DNA of 39,014 bases from a virus (IMGVR_UViG_2671180460_000015), one strand, 5' to 3'; counted from the first letter of the stretch, positions 13,991 to 28,761 are shown. The notes: generated by a model from the sequence alone, not told the origin. Translations and numbers: made by a program.

Positions 13991-14731
13991 TTAACTGGCG
14001 GTGACGGTAATTTCTGCAACCGCAGCAAACTCACCATTACCGGATACAACCGGAATGTTGACCTTGCCTGCAGCAACGCCGTTCACGGTGATGGTCATAC
14101 CACTGACCGACACGGTGGCTTTTGTTTTATCCGCAGACACCGCACGAAAGCTCTTGTCGGTTACGCCCTCCGGCTGGAAGGCCACGGTCAGCGTGGTGCT
14201 CTGCCCTTTCACCACCGAGGTGCTGGCAGGCGTCACGGTCATGCCGGTTGCCGCTGTTACCGTGCTGCGATCTTCTGCCATCGACGGACGTCCCACATTG
14301 GTGACTTTCACCGTGCGGGTGATCACTTCCTTCGCCGTCACCGCCTTACCGATACTGCTGACCCAGCCACGGAACACATCGACCGTGCCGTTCGGGAAGC
14401 GGATTTTATAGGCACGGGTATCGCCTTCATTAAACCACGCCAGCAGCGCCTGCTGCCCCTGCTCTCCGGGCATCCACGCCAGCGTGAAGCTGGTATCTCC
14501 GGCAGATTTCTGCCCCTGCCCGGTCGCAGTCCAGTCTGCATCTTCATCATCGAGATAGCTGTCGTCATAGGACTCAGCGGTCAGTTCGCCGGGCGTCAGG
14601 TCTTTAACTTTTGCCAGACGCGACCAGTCAACGTCTGAAAGCGGATTCGCATAAGGGTCACCGCTCCCCTTATAAACCCACAGGGTGGTCCCGGCACCTT
14701 TCACCGGCATTGTAGGATTTGGTACAGGCAT
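13991..14731 (-). CDS. V: major tail protein V
   Basis: ORF contains [22 protein letters not shown]..., the lambda V N-terminus; start trimmed from 14761 to give 246 aa. Confidence 0.9.
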
Positions 14732-14738
14732 AGCGTCC

Positions 14739-15134
14739 TCACATTTCATAGGTAATGACATAAGTCAGATCGGCTGAACTCCACAGGCCCGCATCATCGT
14801 CGCGCCGGTAGTCATAGCCGCTGGCCACCATACTGGTGATCAAATCTGACAGTGCCGGGATATCACTCATCACCGGATAAATCCGGGACTCCATCCACGC
14901 ATCCAGCTCTGAATCCGGCACCTGAGCAGGCAGGAAAACTTCAATATGCAGCTCCGCCTGCCATGTATCGCTGTCCAGCTCTTCGCCCGTGTATTCAGCG
15001 CCGGTGAGATAAACGGCAACTGCCGGAAAATCCGCCTCATCAAAAACAGCGGGGCGACCATCAAAAAACGTCGCCCCGGTGTCATGCTTCTCCAGTGCAT
15101 CCAGTACGGCTGCACGGAGTTCAGTATGTTTCAT
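14739..15134 (-). CDS. U: tail terminator protein U
   Basis: 131 aa, [26 protein letters not shown]...; matches lambda U. Confidence 0.9.
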
Positions 15135-15709
15135 CGCTTTATTACCATTCTCAGTTGATGCTGCAGCGCATAGCCCAGCTCTTTCGGAAGACGTTCACGC
15201 CGTATCCGTTCAATATTCTGTTTAAACGCCGTGGTCAGCGGCACCGCCATCGGGATTTTCACCACATCAATGGGGTAACGGTTTTTCCCGGCCACACGCT
15301 GCATGACATGCCACCGGCCATTTTTCAGTTGCTGAATAAACGCGCCGGGAATACGACGGTTTCCCACCACAAGCACGCTGCCGCCACCTTTCAGGGATGA
15401 ACGCTGCCCCTTTTTACGACGTCTGCGGCGGGAAAGGACAACCCGCGCGTTACCCAGCTTGATTACGGGCAAATCCCCCCGGTTAACCCTGATTCTGGCC
15501 TGCGGATTTTTGACCGTGGCCCTTTTCAGCCTGGCCCTTTCCTTTACCAGTTTCCGGCGTACCTTTGTCTCACGGGCAACCTGTGACGCAGACTGCGATA
15601 TCGCGGATGACGCAACGCGGTTAATGGCCATTGCGGCGGCACCAGGCACCGCCGTTTTGCTGATACGGCTGAGGTTTTCAACGGCCTGCTCAAGACCTTT
15701 TATGGCCAT
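15131..15709 (-). CDS. Z: tail completion protein Z
   Basis: 192 aa; lambda Z length and position. Confidence 0.9.
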   Translation of the reverse strand: MAIKGLEQAVENLSRISKTAVPGAAAMAINRVASSAISQSASQVARETKVRRKLVKERARLKRATVKNPQARIRVNRGDLPVIKLGNARVVLSRRRRRKKGQRSSLKGGGSVLVVGNRRIPGAFIQQLKNGRWHVMQRVAGKNRYPIDVVKIPMAVPLTTAFKQNIERIRRERLPKELGYALQHQLRMVIKR

Positions 15710-15720
15710 ACATCCCCCTT

Positions 15721-16074
15721 TCAGCGGCGACGGTTAACGGCAGGCGGCACGCCACGCCCAAGCCAGAGATGACAGCTTCCGCCATCATCCGGCGAAATCC
15801 GGTCCACCCAGAAGTTTTCCTCGCCGATGGTCAGTGTGTCTCCACGCCGCAGCTGCCGCACATCATCAGTCCGGACAAACAGGGACGGGCTGGAGCCTTC
15901 AACGCGCACCCCCTGTCCGGCATAGCTGATATTTTCAGGGTCATCAAAAACACCACGTATCACAGCACCGGACAGCTCTCCGGATGTCATGGTGGCTGAC
16001 GTTCCCATGTACCCGCGTATCGTTTCATCGGCGCGGGCAATGGCAGCATCGAACAGGTTATCGGAATCAGCCAC
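15721..16074 (-). CDS. FII: head-tail joining protein FII
   Basis: 117 aa; lambda FII length and position. Confidence 0.9.
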   Translation of the reverse strand: MADSDNLFDAAIARADETIRGYMGTSATMTSGELSGAVIRGVFDDPENISYAGQGVRVEGSSPSLFVRTDDVRQLRRGDTLTIGEENFWVDRISPDDGGSCHLWLGRGVPPAVNRRR

Positions 16075-16085
16075 AGCGCCTCCCG

Positions 16086-16481
16086 TTATTGCATTCTGGC
16101 CAGGCCATGTTCTGTCATTTCGGCTGCCACACCGGCAGAGACACGAAACGCCGTTCCCGGCAGCACAAATGCCACAGGCTCATCCCGCGTGGCGTGAAGT
16201 GCATCAGTATGCAGCGTCACCAGTGCCACGACCGTGACCAGAGCAGCCGTATCAATCACGGTATCCGGCTGCGCTGATACCACCTCATTTTCATGTCCGG
16301 TCAGCGCATTTTCCGGGCTGACAGATGTGTCCTGACCGGCAGCGTCATCCGTGTCATCAAGCTCCTCTTCCAGCTCTGCCACACGGAGCACCAGTTCTTC
16401 TTTCGTCCCCATCAGGCTGACATCACGGTTCAGTTGCTCACCCAGCACCTGAAGACGGGCAATCAGTTCATCTTTCGTCAT
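16086..16481 (-). CDS. FI: DNA packaging / head completion protein FI
   Basis: Contains MTKDELIARLQVLGEQLNRDVSL..., the lambda FI N-terminus; start trimmed from 16520. Confidence 0.85.
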   Translation of the reverse strand: MTKDELIARLQVLGEQLNRDVSLMGTKEELVLRVAELEEELDDTDDAAGQDTSVSPENALTGHENEVVSAQPDTVIDTAALVTVVALVTLHTDALHATRDEPVAFVLPGTAFRVSAGVAAEMTEHGLARMQ

Positions 16482-16522
16482 GGACTCCTCCACAGAGAGA
16501 AAATGGCCCCGAAGGGCCATGA

Positions 16523-17548
16523 TTACGCCAGTTGTACGGACACGAACGCATCAGGATCAGCCAGCAGCATCAGCGGTGCTGACTGAATCATGGTGAACTC
16601 ACGCGCCGGATCGCCGGTGGTCACCCAGTTTTTCGGGTAGCGGGCAGAGGCGTTAATACCTTCGCGCTGTGCGTCCGCATCCTGAATGCAGCCATAGGTG
16701 CGCAGACCGCGTGCCTGAGTGTTCCCCAGCACCATCGTGTTGTCCGGCAGGAAGTTCTTTTTGACGTCGTTTTCCACGTACTGTCCGGAATACACGACGA
16801 TCGCCGTATCGCCATACATCCCCTTATAGGACACCGCTTCGCCCAGGTCTTTTACCGCTGTCTCCAGCTCGGAATGAGAGCCGCGACGGGTATCCAGCTT
16901 CTCCTTGACGGCTTTGAAGGAACGGAACAGCGCCCAGCCTTTCGGATCAAACACGATGATATTCACCACGCCGCTGGCGTTCAGCGCATAGGCTTCGATA
17001 TCGTCGGTCGGGTCATACGTGGACTTGTCACGCTTGCTCCACTCCGTACCACCGGACTGTGTGATGTTGTTCGCCGCACTGCGGCCCATATCCACCTCAA
17101 CCGGATCGAAGGCTTCACCGGTCATGGTGTATTTGCCCTTAAGCACAGCAGAAACTGCCTGCATCTCTTCGACCTGAGCAATGGCCAGCTCTTCGTCTCG
17201 CATGTTCTGCATGATGATGCGACGGCGGCGGTAAGCCGGGTCCGCCAGATTCTGCGGATCTTCATCCGGCAGGCGACGCAGGGTCATCTGCGGATTCACC
17301 TCATGCTTGGGTTTGACATATCCCGGCGTAAATTCAGAGGTGGAGCCGCCACGGGAACGGATAACCTCACCGGAAACAATCGGCGAAACGTACAGCGCCA
17401 TGTTTACCAGTCCCGGAATTTGTGAGAGATAGACTTTCTCCGTGGTGAAGGGATAGCTCTCACGGAAAAAGAGACGCAGAAACAGCGGATCAAACTTAAA
17501 TTTCTGCTCATTTGCCGCCAGCAGCTGGGCGGTTGTGTACATCGACAT
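16523..17548 (-). CDS. E: major capsid protein E
   Basis: MSMYTTAQLLAANEQKFKFDPLFLRLFFRESYPF... equals lambda E; start trimmed from 17575 to give 341 aa. Confidence 0.95.
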   Translation of the reverse strand: MSMYTTAQLLAANEQKFKFDPLFLRLFFRESYPFTTEKVYLSQIPGLVNMALYVSPIVSGEVIRSRGGSTSEFTPGYVKPKHEVNPQMTLRRLPDEDPQNLADPAYRRRRIIMQNMRDEELAIAQVEEMQAVSAVLKGKYTMTGEAFDPVEVDMGRSAANNITQSGGTEWSKRDKSTYDPTDDIEAYALNASGVVNIIVFDPKGWALFRSFKAVKEKLDTRRGSHSELETAVKDLGEAVSYKGMYGDTAIVVYSGQYVENDVKKNFLPDNTMVLGNTQARGLRTYGCIQDADAQREGINASARYPKNWVTTGDPAREFTMIQSAPLMLLADPDAFVSVQLA

Positions 17549-17603
17549 AAAAAAATCCCGTAAAAAAAGCCGCACAGGCGGCCTTTAGTGATGAAGGGTA
17601 AGG

Positions 17604-17936
17604 TTAAACGATGCTGATTGCCGTTCCGGCAAACGCGGTCCGTTTTTTCGTCTCGTCGCTGGCAGCCTCCGGCCAGAGCACATCCTCATAACGGAACGTG
17701 CCGGACTTGTAGAACGTCAGCGTGGTGCTGGTCTGGTCAGCATCAACCGCCAGAATGCCAACGGCAGTACCGTCGGTGGTGCCATCCCACGCAACCAGCT
17801 TACGGGTGGAGGTGTCCAGCATCAGCGGGGTCATTGCAGGCGCTTTCGCACTCAATCCGCCGGGCGCGGTTGCGGTATGAGCCGGGTCACTGTTGCCCAG
17901 CGGCTGGTAATGGGTAAAGGTTTCTTTGCTCGTCAT
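17604..17936 (-). CDS. D: capsid decoration protein D
   Basis: [43 protein letters not shown]... matches lambda D. Confidence 0.95.
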   Translation of the reverse strand: MTSKETFTHYQPLGNSDPAHTATAPGGLSAKAPAMTPLMLDTSTRKLVAWDGTTDGTAVGILAVDADQTSTTLTFYKSGTFRYEDVLWPEAASDETKKRTAFAGTAISIV

Positions 17937-17945
17937 AAACATCCC

Positions 17946-19245
17946 TTACACTGGTGTGTTCAGCAAATCGTTAACGGCATCAGATGCCGGGTTACCTGCA
18001 GCCAGCGGTGCCGGTGCCCCCTGCATCAGACGATCCAGCGCAGTGTCACTGCGCGCCTGTGCACTCTGTGGTGCTGCGGCCAGAATTCGGCGGGCCGTTT
18101 CCACGGTCATACCGGGAGTTTCTGCCAGCACGCGAGCCTGTTCTTCGCGTCCGTGAGCCTCCTCACAGTTGAGGATCCCCATAATGCGGCTGTTTTCTGC
18201 CGCAACCGCTGCGGTGATCTGCGCGTTCACGTCTGGCTGCGCCGCGCTGGCGTTTTCACCCTCCGTCGCTGGCACCACGTCAGTAACGTCAGCCTGCAAA
18301 GCAGTGGCTGAAACAGTTGTTGATTGAGTCTCTTTGGTCATTCGTCCTCCTGAGAGACGGGATTTACGTGCATCCAGTGCATCACGCATGACGGTGATCG
18401 CATCGGTGCTGTTAACAAGTTCATCAGCCAGTCCGGCATCAATGGCCTCCTGACCGCTGTACACTGCTGCCTCGGTATCCAGCACAGCCTGCACGGACAG
18501 GCCGGTATATGCCGACACCTTCTGTGCAAACATCCGGCGGGTTGCATTCATCCGGGACTGCAGTGTTTCCCGGACATCATCCGGTAGATGGCTGTAGGGG
18601 TTGCCATCCACCTTATGGCTGCCGCTGTAAATCAGCGTGATTTCCACGCCCTGTTTCTCCAGCGCAGCACCGTAATTACTGTGAGCCATCATGACGCCGA
18701 TGGAGCCTGTCCGGGCGGTCTGCGTGACCAGACGTCGGGAGGCGGCGCTGGCAAGCAACTGACCTGCACTGCAGTTCATGTCATTGGCCAGCGCCCATAC
18801 CGGCTTTATGTCACGCACACGGGCGATGATGTCAGCGCAGTCAAATGCCCCTGCCACCATCCCGCCTGGCGTATCCATATCGAGCAGAATGCCGTCCACC
18901 ATCGGGTCGCTGGCAGCCTGTTGCAGACGGGCGATAATGCCGTTGTAACCGGTCATCCCCGAATACGGCTGCAGCGCTCGCGTCCGGCTGACCAGCGTAC
19001 CGGACACCGGCAGCACGGCGATGCCGTTCATGACCTGATAACTGCGGGCCTGTCGTGGTCCGTCATCATCACCGGATAACGCCTGCGCCGCGGGTGCCTC
19101 TCCGGCAGTCAGGCTGTCGCCGGACACCGCATCCGTCAGGCGACTGATCCCAAGCTGGCCTGCAAGCGCACAAAAGAAAACCCGCGCATAGGCGGGTTCA
19201 AGCATCAGCGGCTCATTAAAAGCCATGCTGGCAATATGCGGGAGA

Positions 19246-19265
<20 letters not shown>
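17946..19265 (-). CDS. C: capsid assembly protease C, with scaffold Nu3 nested in-frame in its 3' part
   Basis: Lambda C sequence (TAELRNLPHIASMAFNEPLMLEP...). Start placed at the lambda-equivalent GTG codon, giving the lambda-like 20-nt overlap with B; the ORF track extends to 19400. Confidence 0.85.
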
Positions 19266-22946
<3,681 letters not shown>

Positions 22947-22972
<26 letters not shown>

Positions 22973-23492
22973 TCAGCAACCCCGGTATCAGTTCATCCAG
23001 CGCGGCTGCTTTGTTCATGGCTTTGATGATATCCCGTTTCAGGAAATCAACATGTCGGTTTTCCAGTTCCGGAAAACGCCGCTGCACCGACAGGGGGATC
23101 CCGTCGAGAATACTGGCAATTTCACCTGCGATCCGCGACAACACGAAAGTACAGAATGCGGTTTCCACCACTTCAGCGGAGTCTCTGGCATTCTTCAGTT
23201 CCTGTGCGTCGGCCTGCGCACGCGTAAGTCGATGGCGTTCGTACTCAATAGTCCCTGGCTGGAGATCTGCCTCGCTGGCCTGCCGCAGTTCTTCAACCTC
23301 CCGGCGCAGCTTTTCGTTCTCAATTTCAGCATCCCTTTCGGCATACCATTTTATGACGGCGGCAGAGTCATAAAGCACCTCATTACCCTTGCCACCGCCT
23401 CGCAGAACGGGCATTCCCTGTTCCTGCCAGTTCTGAATGGTACGGATACTCGCACCGAAAATGTCAGCCAGCTGCTTTTTGTTGACTTCCAT
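22947..23492 (-). CDS. nu1: terminase small subunit Nu1
   Basis: 181 aa, MEVNKKQLADIFGASIRTIQNWQEQGMP...; lambda Nu1. Confidence 0.95.
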
Positions 23493-23580
23493 TGTTCATT
23501 CCACGGACAAAAACAGAGAAAGGAAACGACAAAGGCCAAAAAGCCCGTTTTCAGCACCTGTCGTTTCCTTTCTTTTCAGG

Positions 23581-23700
23581 GGGTATTTTAAATAAAAACA
23601 TTAAGTTACGACGAAGAAGAACGGAAACACCTTAAACCGGAAAATTTTCATAAATAGCGAAAACCCGCGAGGTCGCCGCCCCGTAACCTGTCGGATCGCC
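23581..23700 (-). other. cos: cos packaging site (cosB and cosN; 12-nt cohesive-end sequence at 23670-23681)
   Basis: 23581-23681 is the reverse complement of the lambda left end (GGGCGGCGACCTCGCGGGTTTTCGCTATTTATGAAAATTTTCCGG...) with about two mismatches. Confidence 0.9.
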
Positions 23701-23881
23701 GGAAAGGACCCGCAAAAATGATAATAATTATCATCTACATGTCACAACGTGCATCTACGCCATCAAACCACGTCAAATAATCAATTATGACGCAGGTATC
23801 GTATTAATTGATCTGCATCAACTTAACGTAAAAACAACTTCAGACAATACAAATCAGCGACACTGAATACGGGGCAACCTC

Positions 23882-24076
23882 ATGTCAACGAAGAACAGAA
23901 CCCGCAGAACAACAACCCGCAACATCCGCTTTCCTAACCAAATGATTGAACAAATTAACATCGCTCTTGAGCAAAAAGGGTCTGGGAATTTCTCAGCCTG
24001 GGTCATTGAAGCCTGCCGTCGGAGACTAACGTCAGAAAAGAGAGCATATACATCAATCCAAAGTGATGATGGATGA
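23882..24076 (+). CDS. ylcI: small DUF3950/YlcI-like protein with a ribbon-helix-helix-like motif
   Basis: 64-aa ORF MSTKNRTRRTTTRNIRFPNQMIEQINIALEQKGSGNFSAWVIEACRRRL; recalled as the YlcI family found next to bor in lambdoid prophages. Confidence 0.6.
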   Translation: MSTKNRTRRTTTRNIRFPNQMIEQINIALEQKGSGNFSAWVIEACRRRLTSEKRAYTSIQSDDG

Positions 24077-24436
24077 ACATCCCGGTTTCTTCCACCATCG
24101 CACCGGAAAAGCGACTATGAGGGTAACCCTGCGTCTGTCAGCACAGTAAAACCCGGTGTGCATCGTTTTTGATTATTCCCGCACACTCACGCAGAAGGAA
24201 TTCCCCGTCGGGCTACGGTCATGGTTAATGCGGGAATACGGCGACGATACAGCGCAGCTAAAAGGGTAATGGACAGATAGAGCGGTTTATTTCATTCCAC
24301 AGGATTCTGAGTGCCCCCCCTCCTCCAATAGGCTGAGCATCCACCTATATAGTTTTAATTTTCATCAATCCATTTAACTATCGTTTAATTGTTGTCACAT
24401 AGGATTCTGCCGTTTTTAACAATGCAGGATAATAAG

Positions 24437-24730
24437 ATGAAAAAAATGTTGTTTTCTGCCGCTCTGGCAATGCTTATTACAGGATGTGCTCAACAGACGT
24501 TTACTGTTGGAAACAAACCGACAGCAGTAACACCAAAGGAAACCATCACCCATCATTTCTTCGTTTCGGGAATTGGACAGGAGAAAACTGTTGATGCAGC
24601 CAAAATTTGTGGCGGCGCAGAAAATGTTGTTAAAACAGAAACCCAGCAAACATTCGTAAATGGATTTCTCGGTTTTATTACTTTAGGCATTTATACTCCG
24701 CTGGAAGCGCGTGTGTATTGCTCACAATAA
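24437..24730 (+). CDS. bor: Bor lipoprotein (serum-resistance moron)
   Basis: MKKMLFSAALAMLITGCAQQTFTV... with lipobox LITGC and C-terminus ...GIYTPLEARVYCSQ, as in lambda Bor; opposite strand to the lysis genes as in lambda. Confidence 0.9.
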   Translation: MKKMLFSAALAMLITGCAQQTFTVGNKPTAVTPKETITHHFFVSGIGQEKTVDAAKICGGAENVVKTETQQTFVNGFLGFITLGIYTPLEARVYCSQ

Positions 24731-24761
24731 TTGCATGAGTTGCCCATCGATATGGGCAGCT

Positions 24762-25223
24762 CTATCTGCACTGCTCATTAATATACTTCTGGGTTCCTTC
24801 CAGTTGTTTTTGCATAGTGATCAGCCTCTCTCTGAGGGTGAAATAATCCCGTTCAGCGGTGTCTGCCAGTCGGGGGGAGGCTGCATTATCCACGCCGGAG
24901 GCGGTGGTGGCTTCACGCACTGACTGACAGACTGCTTTGATGTGCAACCGACGACGACCAGCGGCAACATCATCACGCAGAGCATCATTTTCAGCTTTCG
25001 CATCAGCTAACTCCTTCGTGTATTTTGCATCGAGCGCAGCAACATCACGCTGACGCATCTGCATGTCAGTAATTGCCGCGTTCGCCAGCTTCAGTTCTCT
25101 GGCATTTTTGTCGCGCTGGGCTTTGTAGGTAATGGCGTTATCACGGTAATGATTAACAGCCCATGACAGGCAGACGATGATGCAGATAACCAGAGCGGAG
25201 ATAATCGCGGTTACTCTGTTCAT
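24762..25223 (-). CDS. Rz: spanin inner-membrane subunit Rz
   Basis: [29 protein letters not shown]...; lambda/21 Rz; start trimmed from 25235. Confidence 0.9.
   Translation of the reverse strand: MNRVTAIISALVICIIVCLSWAVNHYRDNAITYKAQRDKNARELKLANAAITDMQMRQRDVAALDAKYTKELADAKAENDALRDDVAAGRRRLHIKAVCQSVREATTASGVDNAASPRLADTAERDYFTLRERLITMQKQLEGTQKYINEQCR
24821..25003 (-). CDS. Rz1: spanin outer-membrane lipoprotein Rz1, embedded in Rz in another frame
   Basis: 60 aa, [46 protein letters not shown]; lipobox and Pro-rich, nested inside Rz. Confidence 0.9.
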   Translation of the reverse strand: MRKLKMMLCVMMLPLVVVGCTSKQSVSQCVKPPPPPAWIMQPPPDWQTPLNGIISPSERG

Positions 25224-25717
25224 TGCTGACCCCACAAACAGATTTCACGCTCAATCTCACGACGAGTCATGAGACCTTTCCATTGCTTACCGCCAGCATA
25301 TGTCCAGCGACGTAGCTGATCACATGCGCCTTTGATATCGCCCTGGTTTATTTTGCGAAGAAGCGTCGATGTTCTGAAATTGCCAGCACCCACGTTGTAA
25401 ACGAATGAGTAAAGAGCGCCGCGCATTGTTTCCGGTATATCGACTTTGATGTACGGGTTAATTTGTCTGGCGACCGTGGCAAGGTCTTTATTCAGGAGGG
25501 CTTTGCATTCTGCTTTGGTATACGTTTTACCGAGCATGATGTCTTTTCCTGTATGCCCGTGACATACAGTCCATACACCAACAATATCTTTGTATGGTAT
25601 GTAGCTGACACCTTCCAGACCATCGTTACCACTTGGGCCAGTGATTAACACTGATGCTATAGCAATTGCTCCGCCACCAATAGCAGCAGCAACGGCTTTT
25701 CGTAATGATGGAGGCAT
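25220..25717 (-). CDS. R: SAR endolysin R (phage-21-type lysozyme with N-terminal signal-anchor-release segment)
   Basis: 165 aa, [42 protein letters not shown]...; Gly/Ala-rich SAR domain then lysozyme. Confidence 0.9.
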   Translation of the reverse strand: MPPSLRKAVAAAIGGGAIAIASVLITGPSGNDGLEGVSYIPYKDIVGVWTVCHGHTGKDIMLGKTYTKAECKALLNKDLATVARQINPYIKVDIPETMRGALYSFVYNVGAGNFRTSTLLRKINQGDIKGACDQLRRWTYAGGKQWKGLMTRREIEREICLWGQQ

Positions 25718-25932
25718 TATTCACCTCTCGCAGCCTTGCGCTTATCTTCTTTAATCTTGAAATAAAGGTTTGTCAGGTACGTCAGCAGGCCAAATACCAG
25801 GCTACCCAGCACACCTATTGCTGCCCACTGTGAGGGCGTGACTTTATCGAGCAGCTGTAAAAACCAGTAACCGGCACTACCTGCTGAGGTGCCATAGGCG
25901 ACACCCGTTGTTAACTTATCCATGGATTTCAT
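25717..25932 (-). CDS. S: class II holin / pinholin S (phage-21 S21 type), with probable dual starts at 25932 and 25923
   Basis: [71 protein letters not shown]; 71-aa antiholin and 68-aa holin starts. The ORF track extends upstream to 25977. Confidence 0.9.
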
Positions 25933-26521
25933 AACCCCACCTCGCAGACAAAGCGGGTGTAAATTGAGGGAATACAACGTATCGCAAAAAAGCAGAAACG
26001 TAACAGACTCGGAGTCAGTGAATAACTCAGGTATTGGGTTATCAGCTAATATCGAGACTCAAAAAATGGAAAAACCCGCTCGACGGCGGGTTTAAGCTGT
26101 GTGACGAAGTAACCACTCTTAACAGCATAACCAATTTTTTACGTACGTAAACCACAAAATGATATTTGCGAGAATGCTACCGAGTATTGAAAACACCACT
26201 ACAAATACATAAGCAAATCTCAACAAATAACCAACAAATAATTTCCAGTGTTATTTTTAGCCGATTTAAATTGAACCTTCAAATTACAGAGCACTTATAA
26301 ATAACAGCCGTTAATATAAATTGGCTAATAGATTTATTTTTATTCAGCCAAGATCCATGAATAGGATTCGATAGAAAAAAGTTCAGATAAAAATAGAGAT
26401 CTACTTCACAAATCAAACGAGAAACCAAAACTTACATCTTGAAATAATCACATTGATTAGATGAATATTTATCGCGCAGTGACATCATTTTTTAATAATA
26501 GTTCAAAAAAAAGGGCTCACG

Positions 26522-27604
26522 ATGAAAAAATTAACAGTGGCAATTTCTGCTGTAGCTGCATCAGTACTGATGGCGATGTCTGCTCAGGCAGCTGAAATTT
26601 ATAATAAAGACAGTAACAAGCTGGATCTATATGGGAAAGTTAATGCCAAGCACTACTTCTCCTCTAATGATGCAGATGATGGTGATACTACTTATGCCCG
26701 TCTTGGCTTCAAAGGTGAAACCCAAATCAACGATCAACTGACTGGTTTCGGTCAGTGGGAATATGAATTCAAAGGCAACCGCGCTGAATCTCAAGGCTCC
26801 TCCAAAGACAAAACCCGTCTTGCATTTGCAGGCCTGAAATTCGGGGACTACGGCTCAATCGATTACGGCCGTAACTACGGTGTAGCATACGACATCGGTG
26901 CGTGGACTGACGTTCTGCCAGAATTCGGTGGCGATACCTGGACCCAAACAGATGTGTTCATGACTGGTCGCACCACTGGTGTTGCAACTTATCGTAACAA
27001 CGACTTCTTTGGTCTGGTTGATGGTCTGAACTTTGCTGCTCAGTATCAGGGTAAAAATGACCGCACTGACGTAACTGAAGCTAATGGTGATGGTTTCGGT
27101 TTCTCCACTACTTATGAGTATGAAGGATTCGGTGTAGGTGCAACCTATGCTAAATCTGACCGCACTAATAATCAGGTTATCTACGGTAACAACAGCCTGA
27201 ATGCATCTGGTCAAAATGCTGAAGTATGGGCAGCTGGTCTGAAATATGATGCGAACAACATCTATCTGGCTACCACCTATTCTGAAACCCAGAACATGAC
27301 TGTTTTTGGTAATAACCATATTGCCAACAAAGCACAAAACTTCGAAGTAGTTGCACAATATCAGTTCGACTTCGGTCTGCGTCCGTCCGTTGCTTACCTG
27401 CAATCTAAAGGAAAAGACTTGGGTGCGTGGGGTGATCAGGACCTGGTTGAATATATTGATGTAGGTGCAACCTATTACTTCAACAAAAATATGTCCACTT
27501 TTGTTGATTACAAAATCAACCTGATTGATAAGAGCGATTTCACGAAAGCATCTGGCGTTGCTACCGATGATATCGTTGCTGTAGGTATGGTTTACCAGTT
27601 CTAA
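26522..27604 (+). CDS. nmpC: outer-membrane general porin, OmpC/OmpF/NmpC (Lc) family, prophage-encoded
   Basis: 360 aa with signal peptide [30 protein letters not shown]... and C-terminal ...VGMVYQF; same position and opposite-strand orientation as DLP12 nmpC between Q and S. Confidence 0.9.
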   Translation: MKKLTVAISAVAASVLMAMSAQAAEIYNKDSNKLDLYGKVNAKHYFSSNDADDGDTTYARLGFKGETQINDQLTGFGQWEYEFKGNRAESQGSSKDKTRLAFAGLKFGDYGSIDYGRNYGVAYDIGAWTDVLPEFGGDTWTQTDVFMTGRTTGVATYRNNDFFGLVDGLNFAAQYQGKNDRTDVTEANGDGFGFSTTYEYEGFGVGATYAKSDRTNNQVIYGNNSLNASGQNAEVWAAGLKYDANNIYLATTYSETQNMTVFGNNHIANKAQNFEVVAQYQFDFGLRPSVAYLQSKGKDLGAWGDQDLVEYIDVGATYYFNKNMSTFVDYKINLIDKSDFTKASGVATDDIVAVGMVYQF

Positions 27605-27740
27605 TTTGATTACTAAAAGATATGTTGTGGGAGGCTTTGCCTCCCCAACATATAAGTGGCTCCCTCAAGCCACTTCCTTTAGAAGCACAACCTTGCTTCT
27701 AACTATATAAACCTTCTGTTATATATTACCCTTTATTTTT

Positions 27741-27765
27741 GGGGGCGTTTCAACGCCCCATTTTT
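27741..27765 (+). terminator. rho-independent terminator of the porin gene
   Basis: GGGGCGTT-TCAAC-GCCCC hairpin followed by ATTTTT on the + strand. Confidence 0.65.
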
Positions 27766-27792
27766 AATAATTTTTAGTAAACAATTGGCATA

Positions 27793-28191
27793 TTAATTGG
27801 AGTTATTAACAACGATATCCATCTCTAACCGGATATCTAATGCCATTAACATCCCTTCAATTATGCCCTCAGCCTTCTGTAACCTTTTCCCGATATAACC
27901 ATCAGAGCAGCAATGCTTACCTGCCAGTGACATGAATGTCATACCGACTACATAATAATCTACTAATAAATCGTGCAAATCGCTGTTGTTCTTTTTCAGA
28001 CGGGCCATGCACCCGCAAATGATCATCGCGTCATCGTCACAACATTGCGGGCGAGATTTTACTTTTGAAGTAATTAATCCCTTAAAACCGGCGGCAATGG
28101 ACGACCAGGTCACATCTTCATGATTATTAGCCGCCCACGCTCCCCAACGCTCAAGAACCATCTGAATATCACGCATCAACTTACTCCACAA
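27793..28191 (-). CDS. quuD: late-gene antiterminator Q (QuuD / phage-21-82 type)
   Basis: 132-aa [27 protein letters not shown]... with Cys-rich zinc-binding region; position upstream of the lysis genes. Confidence 0.85.
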   Translation of the reverse strand: MWSKLMRDIQMVLERWGAWAANNHEDVTWSSIAAGFKGLITSKVKSRPQCCDDDAMIICGCMARLKKNNSDLHDLLVDYYVVGMTFMSLAGKHCCSDGYIGKRLQKAEGIIEGMLMALDIRLEMDIVVNNSN

Positions 28192-28261
28192 AAATCAGAC
28201 CAGAACGCCAATTACAAGCAAAAATCAACGAAACAGTATTAGTTGATTGTTATCTCTGACT

Positions 28262-28402
28262 TCATACTCCTGCTCCTGTCAGGGTTTTGGCGTAATTCTT
28301 CAGTATTCGGTAATCGGTCAAAACAGAACCGGGGAAACGATATAAGCGCAGACGCCCCCAGCGGTGGCGAAGACGTTCTGCCATATAAAACTCAAACATC
28401 AT
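28262..28402 (-). CDS. ylcG: small protein YlcG
   Basis: Hand translation of the minus strand gives [46 protein letters not shown] (46 aa); its start overlaps the rusA stop (ATGA). Absent from the ORF track because it is under 60 aa. Confidence 0.65.
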   Translation of the reverse strand: MMFEFYMAERLRHRWGRLRLYRFPGSVLTDYRILKNYAKTLTGAGV

Positions 28403-28761
28403 TCATTCCCCATTTCGGTGATGGTCAGTTCCAGCCTCCCACCTTTGGTAACAGGCATCTTCACAACGCGGTAATCAACGACCTGAGCATCATCCAGCCA
28501 GAAACCTGCTTTAGTGAGTGCGTCAAAAGCGGCTTTTTGCAGATTATCCAGGTCACGGCGACGGCGATCCGGCATGTGGCACTCAATGCGGATTTTCACA
28601 GGCATAGCCAGGCCGATATCCAGCATTGCGTTTTTAATGATTCGGGCGACGTTATCGCGGTATGCCTGCCCCTCTGCGCTGACGTGGGTGCGCCCGCGAT
28701 TATGGCGGTAATAGCGATTATTGCTCGGAGGCCAGGGTAATGTGATGCTGTAGGTATTCAC
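28399..28761 (-). CDS. rusA: Holliday-junction resolvase RusA
   Basis: 120 aa, [46 protein letters not shown]...; matches E. coli RusA. Confidence 0.95.
   Translation of the reverse strand: MNTYSITLPWPPSNNRYYRHNRGRTHVSAEGQAYRDNVARIIKNAMLDIGLAMPVKIRIECHMPDRRRRDLDNLQKAAFDALTKAGFWLDDAQVVDYRVVKMPVTKGGRLELTITEMGNE

Noticed and set aside
16874-19079. Plus-strand ORFs of 140-183 aa antisense to E, D and C.
   Set aside because: Antisense to near-identical lambda capsid genes; no independent support.
26855-27403. 182-aa minus-strand ORF inside the porin gene.
   Set aside because: Antisense to a full-length porin with signal peptide; translation is hydrophobic junk with no start context.
27600-27720. 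Cluster of short hairpins (gggaggc/gcctccc, aagtggct/agccactt, agaagc/gcttct) after the porin stop, considered as a REP element or small RNA.
   Set aside because: Could not distinguish from ordinary 3'-UTR structure; only the downstream GGGGCG hairpin with a T-run looks like a terminator. Left as unassigned.
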